From Candidatus Falkowbacteria bacterium (lineage in GTDB: Bacteria; Patescibacteriota; Patescibacteriia; UBA11705; JABHMO01), in NCBI GenBank assembly GCA_016214755.1, contig JACRNX010000030.1, positions 1-62,686 of the forward strand: DNA of 62,686 nucleotides, given 5' to 3'. Below the pieces are notes generated by a model that searched no databases, was not told where the DNA came from, and was given only the letters and a program-made list of their open reading frames with translations. Positions 7,256 to 17,992 of this stretch are shown here, in pieces. Each line of letters begins with the position of its first letter. Within the stretch, counting starts at the first letter, position 1. The position numbers were made by a program, and so were the translations under genes.

Positions 7256-8271
7256 GGCGCGCCCCGCGTGAATTTGGTGAGCATTGATTTAATCTCATCC
7301 ATAATATTGCCGCTGATGACGAATTTAGCGCCTGGATTGGCGAACATTTTCGCGTAGGTATCCAGCGCTTCTTTCGAGAGGAGGAACGCCGCTTTTTCTT
7401 TGTCCGGCAGTTTTTCCGCGCCGAGCGCTTGAGCAATCGTGCGGATTGATTCTGCCTGGCCCTTAGCTCTGGTTTTCATTGCTTCCGCGTCACCGTTGGC
7501 TTTGATTACCGCGATATCTCTTTCTCGTTCGGCAATTTTCTTCAATTTGTCGAATTCAATTTGAGCAGTCCTTTGCATGAAAGATTCTTTTGTAATGTTG
7601 TCGAGCGCTTCTGCTAGCTTGGGGTCAGCCGGTATGAAAGGATTGTTGAGTTTCAAGAAAACAATGTCAATCGGTATGTTTTTATCATCGCAATCTTTCT
7701 GTGTTTCAGCGCGAATTTCTTCCACAGATTTTTGAGGAAATCTCATTACGTCGGTATAATTCATGTCCATCGCTTTTTCTCGAAATTTTGCCTGGATGAT
7801 GTCAGTCACTTCTTCAATCAGTTTCGCCAATTTCTCTTTCTGTTGTTCCGCGGAAGTTAAGTAGCGGACATATATTTCGACCCGTTTTCGCGCCTCGTCA
7901 TTAAAAATAAATTTTTTAGCAGGATCTTTTTGAAAGGAGACCACGAAGTTTAAGCTTACTTGTTTTGACTTGAATTCCGCGATTGCGCCGAGTTTAGCGG
8001 GCTCGGTAGTGGCCGCCTCAAGCGGCGGCACATTGCAGGTTACGACGACTTCCTCAATGTTCGTTGTCATTCTTTCAATCTTTACTTCTTCTTTATGACT
8101 AATCGGATATGGCAATGTCCAATACCAACCCGGAGGGAGGACGTTTATGATTTTGCCGCCGAAGCGGGTGACAAAAACATAATAGCCCTGTTTGACAATG
8201 GTTACACAAGAATAAATTATTCCTATTATTACGATGGCAATAATGCTTCCAATTCCAATCCAAGTCAACAT
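7252..8271 (-). CDS. SPFH/band-7 (prohibitin/flotillin-like) domain protein
   Basis: N-terminal TM helix (MLTWIGIGSIIAIVIIGIIY), then ..VKQGYYVFVTRFGGKI..LPPGWYW.. and a long coiled-coil tail (RERDIAVIKANGDAEAMKTRAKGQAESIR). The start at 8271 has GGAG upstream; the track ORF extends to 8394. Confidence 0.8.
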   Translation of the reverse strand: MLTWIGIGSIIAIVIIGIIYSCVTIVKQGYYVFVTRFGGKIINVLPPGWYWTLPYPISHKEEVKIERMTTNIEEVVVTCNVPPLEAATTEPAKLGAIAEFKSKQVSLNFVVSFQKDPAKKFIFNDEARKRVEIYVRYLTSAEQQKEKLAKLIEEVTDIIQAKFREKAMDMNYTDVMRFPQKSVEEIRAETQKDCDDKNIPIDIVFLKLNNPFIPADPKLAEALDNITKESFMQRTAQIEFDKLKKIAERERDIAVIKANGDAEAMKTRAKGQAESIRTIAQALGAEKLPDKEKAAFLLSKEALDTYAKMFANPGAKFVISGNIMDEIKSMLTKFTRGAP

Positions 8272-8595
8272 GGCTTTCTCCTTTCTACAAATAGAGGTTA
8301 GAGGTGAGAAATTGGAGGTTAGAAAAAACAAAAGCAGTTTGATTGTCAATGAACGGTAGATATTGTATCTTAGCGCAAAATAAAAAAAAGTCAATAGTTG
8401 TCTCTGACCACCTCCCCTCGTTCCCCTCCCCGCCAGAGGCGGGCAAGCTTAGCAAGGAGGGGATGTTAAACATAGGGACAGAATACAATTCTGTCCCTAC
8501 AATTTACCTCCTATCCCGACGTTCGCCTTTGGCGAAGTCGGGATCCCGACCGTAGCGTCGGGACAACCTACTCACTACAACCTACTCACTAGACC

Positions 8596-11466
8596 CTATC
8601 CCCCAGCCGTTGAGCCGAGGACTTTTAAGATGAAATTGATGATGATGAAACTGGTGAAGACGACAATTAAGCCGATGCCCGCCCAAACCATGGTGTCGCG
8701 GCCTTGTTTTATCATTTTGTCTTCGCCGCGCGAGATGAGCCAGAGCGTGCCGCCGTAGAGGAACATGGCGAGCGCGGCGCTGCCGATAAGTCCGATAATC
8801 CATGATATGACGCGGCCGATGACAACCGCGAAATCCGTCTCGCCGAGGAAATTCGGCAGTTCAATTGATTTAATCTCCGTGGCGCCGGCTTGCTCGGCTG
8901 TCGGCGCGGTGCATTTTCCGTTTTCGCATAATCCAGATTGACAGACATCGTTTTCTCCATCCGCGCAGGGTTCGTCTGCCCCGTATTTTGATTCGCATTT
9001 ATCAGTGTTTTGGCCAGAAGCATTATCAGTATTATCGCAAAAGAATCCCGAGCCGCACTCGTTGTTTTCCGCGCAACCGCAGATACTGCTCATACATATT
9101 CCAGAAAGACATTCTCCTTCTTCTTGCCCTCCCGCGTTTTTTAACGTACAGGTATCTCCTGATTTCTTTTTCAATTCACATTTGTTGTTTGTGTTGCAAA
9201 ATTCATGACTTGGACATTGAGAGGGAGAAACAGTGGGGTTGCAAGCTTTACCGCTGGCGACGCCTAATTTTTCGCAAAGATTAGTGGGGAGATCGCCTTG
9301 ATTATTACAGTATTCTCCAGAATTACAATGACTGTTTGCCGTGCAGCCACATTTTAATGCAGGAGACGGACAAGTTTGATATAAACATTCTGCAGGTGTT
9401 GTGCAGGACACGCCAGCTAGTTTTTTAACTTGGCATTCGTTAGGGTCTTTAGACGTGTCGCAGTAATGGGTAGCAGGACATCCGTCAGGAGATGGAGATG
9501 GATATTTTTTTGTATCACAAAGTATTGGTCCACCGGGTTTTGCCGCGCCGCCCGCGGCGGCCGGTTTCGGCGCGCACTTTGATGTTTTGGCATCGCAGTT
9601 TCCGCTTTTACATGTTTCAGGAAAAGCGATAGCACATAGTTCTCCGTTAGCTATTTTTTTTATACATTTGGTGGTCGTGGTATCGCAAAAATAATCTTGG
9701 CCACAATTTTTGTCCTCTTTGCAACCGATTACTGCTTCGGGTTTGATTTTACAATTATCGCAAGCGGCCTTTTCTGCGTCTGGAGTAGTTGTAGCTGGAT
9801 CGCATTCTTCTTCGTATTCAACTATTCCATTGCCGCACTTTGGGACATCTTTACATTTTTTTTCTACTGGATGGCAGAAGTTAGATTTACAATGGCCGCC
9901 GATTTCGCAATCGCCGCCGACATCTTTTTTATTTACACAAGTTCCGACACTGCAATATTGGTCAACCGTGCATTCGATTTTAAGAAATCCTTTGATTACT
10001 TCGCATTCTGACGGCGCCGCTTTTTCGCAAAGATGCGAGGCGGTGTTGCATTTTTTGCCCTCTGAACAATCTTTGTCAGCATAACAACCGCCGAGTGTTA
10101 TACATTGTCCAGTTGAACCGCATTGGCCTGACTCGCAGTCGCCGTCTTTTTGGCAAGGAGCGTCTTTTGATTTTACTGCTACGCATTTGAAAAACGCGCC
10201 GCTTTTATCGCAGAAATAATCAAGTTCACAATTAGCATCTTTGGTGCATTCGTGATCCTCGGGATTTACGTCTTTGCAGGTGCCGCTACCAGGGACAGTC
10301 TCTGTATCACAATATCCAGATAAGCATTCTTCATTGACCGCGCACCCAGAATTATTATTTTTTTTATCCTCGCAAATTTTATTTGTGGCCGCGGACTTGC
10401 AAAATTTGCCGTCTCCGCAGTCAGTATCCTTTTGACATTTATCGGTGTCCGCGCATTTGCCGCTGACGCATTTTCCAGAGAGGCACTGATTGGCAGTGTT
10501 CGCAGTGCAGGATTTGCCTGGCGCCTTTTTGCTAAGGCATTTCTTGGGCATCGAGCTAATGTCGCAATAATCCGTGGAAGAGCAATTTTCGTCTTTTTTG
10601 CATTGGTCTTCCACGATAATGCACTTTTGGTATAAACATTTTCCCGAAACGCATTCGTTATCTTTCGCGCATGTTTCCCAACTGTATTTTTTTTCTTTGC
10701 AAATTTTTGGGGTTTTGTCTGTTCGGCAATAAAAATCTGTTTCGCAGTCAGCGTCAGTTTTGCAATACGCCGGCTCTTGGCAAATGCCGAAATAGCAAAC
10801 TTCGGATAAGCATGCTTTATTACTTTTACACAAATTGTCTCCTTCTAACGATGGCTGGCAAGTCAGACCTGGGTCGCAGAAGTAGTTATTTGGACAGCCC
10901 CCATCTGAACCTATGCCGCCTGCTTTTGTGCACTTTTGAGCGCACTTGTATTCGTATTTTATACAGTCGCCGGATATACATTGAAATGAATTGAGGCAGT
11001 CGTGGCCAGTTTGATATTTTGAAACGCAAGTATTGGGCACGATCTCGGGCTTGCAAAATTGATTGGCGTCTTTGCAGAGATTTTGCAAACCGCACTGATT
11101 GGTCGGAATTCCAAGCGCGACGCCGGCCGGGCATTTTCCAAGCGTGCAGCCGCTTTGCTTTAAACATTGCGCTGACAGTTCTTTGTAACTATCTTGCGCG
11201 TAATTTTGTTTCGCCATTAGTTGTTCTAATTCTGAAAAACCAATGAATTCTGGATAATAATTGCTGATATTCTCCGGCGTAACTGGTCCGATATTGGCTA
11301 AGCATTGCGCCGGCGAAGAAACGCAACAGACATCAAACGGTTTGTCGAGGAGATCTTTAATAGTATAGTTATAATGGTTCGTTACTGCTTGGGCGCTACT
11401 GGCAAGCAAAGTAAAACTAATCGCGAAGAATATTATCGCGGAAAAGAGGATTTTTGTTTTTGGCAT
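8596..11466 (-). CDS. 956-aa secreted Cys-rich repeat protein with a C-terminal TrbC/VirB2-like two-helix membrane domain
   Basis: Signal peptide MPKTKILFSAIIFFAISFTLLASSAQA. About ten tandem modules of the type C-x-[KT]D-x-[DN]C-x4-5-[FY]C..K..C...EC.SG.C. The C-terminus is ..ISWIIGLIGSAALAMFLYGGTLWLISRGEDKMIKQGRDTMVWAGIGLIVVF.. Confidence 0.85.
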   Translation of the reverse strand: MPKTKILFSAIIFFAISFTLLASSAQAVTNHYNYTIKDLLDKPFDVCCVSSPAQCLANIGPVTPENISNYYPEFIGFSELEQLMAKQNYAQDSYKELSAQCLKQSGCTLGKCPAGVALGIPTNQCGLQNLCKDANQFCKPEIVPNTCVSKYQTGHDCLNSFQCISGDCIKYEYKCAQKCTKAGGIGSDGGCPNNYFCDPGLTCQPSLEGDNLCKSNKACLSEVCYFGICQEPAYCKTDADCETDFYCRTDKTPKICKEKKYSWETCAKDNECVSGKCLYQKCIIVEDQCKKDENCSSTDYCDISSMPKKCLSKKAPGKSCTANTANQCLSGKCVSGKCADTDKCQKDTDCGDGKFCKSAATNKICEDKKNNNSGCAVNEECLSGYCDTETVPGSGTCKDVNPEDHECTKDANCELDYFCDKSGAFFKCVAVKSKDAPCQKDGDCESGQCGSTGQCITLGGCYADKDCSEGKKCNTASHLCEKAAPSECEVIKGFLKIECTVDQYCSVGTCVNKKDVGGDCEIGGHCKSNFCHPVEKKCKDVPKCGNGIVEYEEECDPATTTPDAEKAACDNCKIKPEAVIGCKEDKNCGQDYFCDTTTTKCIKKIANGELCAIAFPETCKSGNCDAKTSKCAPKPAAAGGAAKPGGPILCDTKKYPSPSPDGCPATHYCDTSKDPNECQVKKLAGVSCTTPAECLYQTCPSPALKCGCTANSHCNSGEYCNNQGDLPTNLCEKLGVASGKACNPTVSPSQCPSHEFCNTNNKCELKKKSGDTCTLKNAGGQEEGECLSGICMSSICGCAENNECGSGFFCDNTDNASGQNTDKCESKYGADEPCADGENDVCQSGLCENGKCTAPTAEQAGATEIKSIELPNFLGETDFAVVIGRVISWIIGLIGSAALAMFLYGGTLWLISRGEDKMIKQGRDTMVWAGIGLIVVFTSFIIINFILKVLGSTAGG

Positions 11467-11621
11467 AATTTTATTTTAGAGAGGATAGGGATTAGTAATC
11501 CGTAACTTGTAATTGGTAATTTGAAAATTAAAAATTAAAAATTCATTGAAAATTGAGAATTGAAAATTTATCTCGTCCTCATCTGTATATCTGTAAAAAT
11601 CAGTACATCTTGTATTATGTA

Positions 11622-13070
11622 TTATTTGAATTTGGGCAGGAATTTTTTCCAACCTTTATTTTTATATGTTTCAATTTGGTGTCTGGCGGTTCTGGTTTTA
11701 ACTGAATCAATCCACTCGGTATTCGGTCCCTTGCGGTTTTTGTCAGTGATAATTTGAACCACGTCGCCGTTTTTCAGTTTGCGATCGAGCGCCACGATTT
11801 CGTTGTTGACCATCGCTCGCGCGCATTTATTGCCGATTTCCGTGTGGATGTGATAAGCGAAATCAATCGGCGTGGCGCCGTCCGGCAGGTCAATGACGTC
11901 GCCTTGCGGAGTAAAAACGAAAATGCGATTTTGGAAAACGTCAATCTTCGCGCCTTCGAGCAGTTGGGTGTTGTCTTTAAGCCCCTTCAGCCAATCAGCC
12001 AATTCATTGACCCAGGCGATTTCTTTTTTATCAATCTTGCCGGCTTCTTTGTATTGCCAGTGGCTGGCGATGCCGAGTTCCGCCTGCTCGTGCATTTTCC
12101 GCGTGCGAATTTGGATTTCCACGATTTCTTGGTCATCGCCGAAAACAGCGGTGTGCAATGATTGGTAGCCGTTTGGTTTTGGCTGGGCGATGTAATCTTT
12201 AATGCGGCCGCGGATCGGCTTCCATAAACTGTGCACAATGCCAAGGACGGCGTAGCAATCAGCGACGTCTTGCACGATGACGCGCAAAGCGACAAGGTCG
12301 TAGATTTGTTTCGCGTCGCGATTGTATTTCAGATACTTGCGGTAAAAGCTGTAATAATGCTTGGTGCGGCCGTAGATGTCGGTGGATTTGATATTTTCTT
12401 TATCGAGCCGCGTTTTAATTTTTCGAATCATGCTGTTCAATATCTTTTTTTTCAGCGGAAAATTGCTCTTGATAATTTGTTCGATATTTATGTATTCGTC
12501 CGGATAGGCGTATTTAAAAGCCGCGTCTTCAAGCCGCGACTGCAGTTCTCCGATGCCCAAGCGATTGGCGATGGGCGCGTAAATTTCCAATGTCTCGAGG
12601 GCGATGCGCTTTTGTTTGTCTGCCGGCAGAACGTAGAGCGATTGCAAATTGTGCAGGCGGTCGGCGAATTTAATCAAAATAACGCGGATATCCTCGGCCA
12701 TGGCGACAAACATTTTTCTTAAATTTTCAAGGTAGCGGTCAATGCCGCGATATTTTACCCGCGATAGTTTTGTTATCCCTTCAACCATTTTGGCGATATC
12801 AGTGCCGAATTCTTGGCGGATTTCATCGAGGGAACGTTTGGTATCCTCGGGTACATCGTGCAGAAGTCCGGCGATGACAATCGGCACTGGTAATTTTAAT
12901 TCCGCCAATGTTTTCGCGGTGTACAAAGAGTGAACAATATAATCATCGCCTGTTGTCCGTTTTTGTCCTTGGTGCGCTTTTTCCGCGAAATTATAAGCTT
13001 GCTCGATTAATTTAATATCGGCATCCGAATAATTTTGCTTAATGATTTCCTGCAATTGGCGGAAGGTCAT
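11622..13070 (-). CDS. rel: RelA/SpoT homologue (HD hydrolase + synthetase + TGS), short form
   Basis: HD motif ..HSLYTA..LLHDVPEDT. Synthetase motifs YGRTKHYYSFYRK, DLVALRVIV, GYQSLHT, EIQIRT. TGS VFTPQGDVIDLPDGATPIDFAYHIH. No ACT-type C-terminus. Confidence 0.9.
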   Translation of the reverse strand: MTFRQLQEIIKQNYSDADIKLIEQAYNFAEKAHQGQKRTTGDDYIVHSLYTAKTLAELKLPVPIVIAGLLHDVPEDTKRSLDEIRQEFGTDIAKMVEGITKLSRVKYRGIDRYLENLRKMFVAMAEDIRVILIKFADRLHNLQSLYVLPADKQKRIALETLEIYAPIANRLGIGELQSRLEDAAFKYAYPDEYINIEQIIKSNFPLKKKILNSMIRKIKTRLDKENIKSTDIYGRTKHYYSFYRKYLKYNRDAKQIYDLVALRVIVQDVADCYAVLGIVHSLWKPIRGRIKDYIAQPKPNGYQSLHTAVFGDDQEIVEIQIRTRKMHEQAELGIASHWQYKEAGKIDKKEIAWVNELADWLKGLKDNTQLLEGAKIDVFQNRIFVFTPQGDVIDLPDGATPIDFAYHIHTEIGNKCARAMVNNEIVALDRKLKNGDVVQIITDKNRKGPNTEWIDSVKTRTARHQIETYKNKGWKKFLPKFK

Positions 13071-13303
13071 GTTTCAAAATAAAAAATTAAAAATAATAGA
13101 TAATAAAGTTAAATTCAAAATTCAAAATGCAAAAATCAAAAGTTCAAGTAAAAAGTAAAAAGTTTTTGTTTTGACTTCAAAATACTTTTGGATTTTGATT
13201 TGCAATTTTGACTTTTACCTTTTGACTTCTAACTTAAATATCTTTGAATCTTTAGTCTGTATCTTTTATTTATTATTTATCATCTTTCATCTTTCTTATT
13301 ATA

Positions 13304-14944
13304 TCAAAGTCGAAATCTTCTTTCCACTTCCTGCTTGTTGAAATAGTCCTCGATGTGTTTTTTGGCGGCGTTGGTTTTGACGAATTTAAGCCATTCGTAA
13401 CTGGGGCCGTCTTTCGCGCGGTCGACGGTTATCTGGACGACGTCATTGGTCGCTAATTGATGGTCGAGAGACACCTGGATGTCATTGACAACCGCGCCGG
13501 CGCATTTATTGCCGATTTCCGAATGGATGTGATAAGCAAAATCAACCGGCGTGGCGCCCGAGGGCAAAGAGATAACGTCGCCTTTCGGGGTATAGACGTA
13601 AATGCGGCTGTTGAGTATCTCGGAAGAAAACTTCGCCCAAAATTCCTCGTCATTTTTATACTGTTGCTGTTTTAGCAACAATTCTTGAATCCAAGGCGGA
13701 ATTTTCTTCTTTAGATTTTTATAGTACCAATGGGCGGCAATGCCGTAATTCGCTTCTTCATTCATTGCTCTGGTTCTGATTTGGAATTCTGTCGCCCGGC
13801 CGTTCAGCCCAAAAACAGTGGTATGCAAACTTTGATAATGATTATTTTTGGGAGCGGCGATGTAATCTTTAAACCGGCGGTGCCTCGGCCGCCAGAGCCG
13901 GTGGATGATGCCAACTATCCGATAGCAATCATCCACTGAATTCACGATTACGCGCAAGGCGAAAACATCGCAGATATCGTCGAAACTTTTTTTCTTCGCT
14001 TTCATTTTAGTATAGATGCTGTAAAAGTGCTTAAAGCGGCCGTCGATTTGGCAGGCAATACCCGCGTCGGCAGCCGCTTTTTCTAAGATATTTTTTGTTT
14101 TTTGAATATATTTATCGCGATTTTTCTTTTCGTCAATATTGAATCGGCGCGAAATTTTTTCGTATTCTTCTGATTCGAGGATTTTGAATGAATAGTCCTC
14201 CAATTGCCAGCGCAGTTTCCAGATTCCGAGAAGATCGGCGAGGGGCGCGAGAATTTCTTTTGATTCAATGGCGCAGATTTTTAACGCGTCTTCCGAGGGC
14301 AGAGTGCGATTTTTCAAGCGGTCAATGTTGGAACACATTTTAATGATAATAACTCGGAGATCCGCCGCCATGGCGACAACCATTTCGCGCAAATGGGATA
14401 TGTATTGCTGGTTGTTCGGGGCTTTTATCCAAAGAAGTTTTTGAAAATGTTGCACCAGTTCGGCTATTTCTTTATTTGATATTTCCGCGATCTCTTCGAT
14501 AGTGACGTGACAATGATAGGGGAGTTCGTGCATAAGCGCGGTGCAGACAGCCGTCAAACCAATTCTGATACTCGCGACTTTCAACGCCGTGCGGTATGAG
14601 TGGTCGAATCGTCCTCTATCCTCGCGCAATTTTTGTTCAGCGTAGTTATAGCATTTCACGAGAACGCCGATTTCCGCCCCTAATTTATTTTCAATTTTCG
14701 CGTGCAAATTCTCATCTCGCTTTGCCAAATCAAAAAATAAACACGCGCAAACGCATTCCACTTGCGCCTTTTCTTCGGCGGCGATTATCGCGGCTTCAAC
14801 CGCTTGTTCATGCAGTATTTTTCTTTCGCTTGAATCGAAACGTTCAAGTTCATCATTGAGCAGCTGGTAAGCTTTTTCAATAATTTCAGCGGAAATCGTC
14901 GGTTGCTTTTCTTTAATTATTTCTATAATTTTGCCAATATCCAT
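13304..14944 (-). CDS. Second RelA/SpoT homologue with a degenerate HD domain
   Basis: Synthetase and TGS motifs are conserved (GRFKHFYSIYTK, DVFALRVIV, HYQSLHT, EFQIRT, VYTPKGDVISLPSGATPVDFAYHIH). The HD dyad position reads LMHELPYH and there is an extra N-terminal extension. Confidence 0.88.
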   Translation of the reverse strand: MDIGKIIEIIKEKQPTISAEIIEKAYQLLNDELERFDSSERKILHEQAVEAAIIAAEEKAQVECVCACLFFDLAKRDENLHAKIENKLGAEIGVLVKCYNYAEQKLREDRGRFDHSYRTALKVASIRIGLTAVCTALMHELPYHCHVTIEEIAEISNKEIAELVQHFQKLLWIKAPNNQQYISHLREMVVAMAADLRVIIIKMCSNIDRLKNRTLPSEDALKICAIESKEILAPLADLLGIWKLRWQLEDYSFKILESEEYEKISRRFNIDEKKNRDKYIQKTKNILEKAAADAGIACQIDGRFKHFYSIYTKMKAKKKSFDDICDVFALRVIVNSVDDCYRIVGIIHRLWRPRHRRFKDYIAAPKNNHYQSLHTTVFGLNGRATEFQIRTRAMNEEANYGIAAHWYYKNLKKKIPPWIQELLLKQQQYKNDEEFWAKFSSEILNSRIYVYTPKGDVISLPSGATPVDFAYHIHSEIGNKCAGAVVNDIQVSLDHQLATNDVVQITVDRAKDGPSYEWLKFVKTNAAKKHIEDYFNKQEVERRFRL

Positions 14945-14946
14945 AT

Positions 14947-15128
14947 AGTGAGATGGTTGCGAAACTGCTTTTGCTGCAATTTGTCTTTTTTACCTGATAC
15001 TTCGTCAGACTGCGCCAAAATGATTTTCGCCGTAATCCTATTACGTCTCAAATCATTTTGCTTGTCTTCCTCGTCTCAGGCAAAAAATTTCAAATTTCGC
15101 TTAAAAGGGGTTTCGCAACCATCTCACT
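14947..15128. repeat. 182-bp long palindrome with perfect 19-bp termini (AGTGAGATGGTTGCGAAAC / GTTTCGCAACCATCTCACT)
   Basis: The terminal inverted repeats at 14947-14965 and 15110-15128 are exact. Interior arms also pair (CAAAATGATTT/AAATCATTTTG). The element starts 3 nt upstream of the start codon of the second RSH gene. Confidence 0.8.
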
Positions 15129-15189
15129 TACATTTAAGCAAGAATTAGAAAAAAAATCAACTGTGAACAAGATTAACGGGCGAAGTTGA

Positions 15190-15218
15190 TTGACAAGAAC
15201 AAAAAAGTTTGTTATAAT
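15190..15218 (+). promoter_or_regulatory. Consensus promoter TTGACA-17 nt-TATAAT with no protein gene behind it
   Basis: -35 at 15190-15195 and -10 at 15213-15218, both perfect consensus hexamers with a 17-nt spacer. Confidence 0.6.
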
Positions 15219-15223
15219 GGAGT

Positions 15224-15294
15224 TGTTGATGATAGGGGAAGAATTCCCAATTTGAGAACTCCCGGGTCTTTTGGTCTGGGAGTTCTCGCTTTTT
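15224..15294 (+). ncRNA. Candidate ~70-nt small RNA (promoter-to-terminator unit)
   Basis: Starts about 6 nt after the -10. It has a small hairpin GGGAA-gaa-TTCCC, then a perfect 10-bp stem GAGAACTCCC/GGGAGTTCTC (15254-15287) followed by GCTTTTT. The only ORF inside is 8 codons. Confidence 0.4.
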
Positions 15295-15375
15295 AAAATA
15301 GAATCTAGAATCTAGAAAGTAGAAAATAGAATGTAGAATTTTGTTAGACAGGGTTTTAAAATCAGCTTAACGAAA

Positions 15376-15413
15376 CTAAAAATCTCTTTGACGTACGTCG
15401 GAGAGATTTTTAG
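15376..15413 (-). terminator. Strong hairpin downstream of topA (candidate terminator)
   Basis: Perfect 12-bp stem CTAAAAATCTCT/AGAGATTTTTAG enclosing the GACG-ta-CGTC palindrome, about 130 nt after the topA stop on the minus strand. The trailing U-run is weak. Confidence 0.4.
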
Positions 15414-15542
15414 TGCGGGGCGCTGGATGAAACCCCAATTATTTGTTGATGATAGGGTTGTCACAGCGGCCCCACGGAAGTATTATAGAGAATGTTTATT
15501 TTATTCGCAAGCGTTGATTGTTTCTTTTGTAGGAAACGCATA

Positions 15543-17762
<2,220 letters not shown>

Positions 17763-17992
17763 AATAAAAATTAAAAAGTAAAAAGTAAAAATGAAAAATT
17801 ACAATTAAAAAGAAAAAATGGGAAATTCAGAATTTCTTTTTTATTTAGTTCGATTAACGATAATATGACAGAGCGATTAATAATTGTCAAATTTTGTCAA
17901 AAGATTCCTCCATTCCGCTCCGCTTCAGTCGGAATGACAAAAGTGTAAACAATGTTGAACTTTCTAATACTTGAATCTTAAATCTTGAATCT

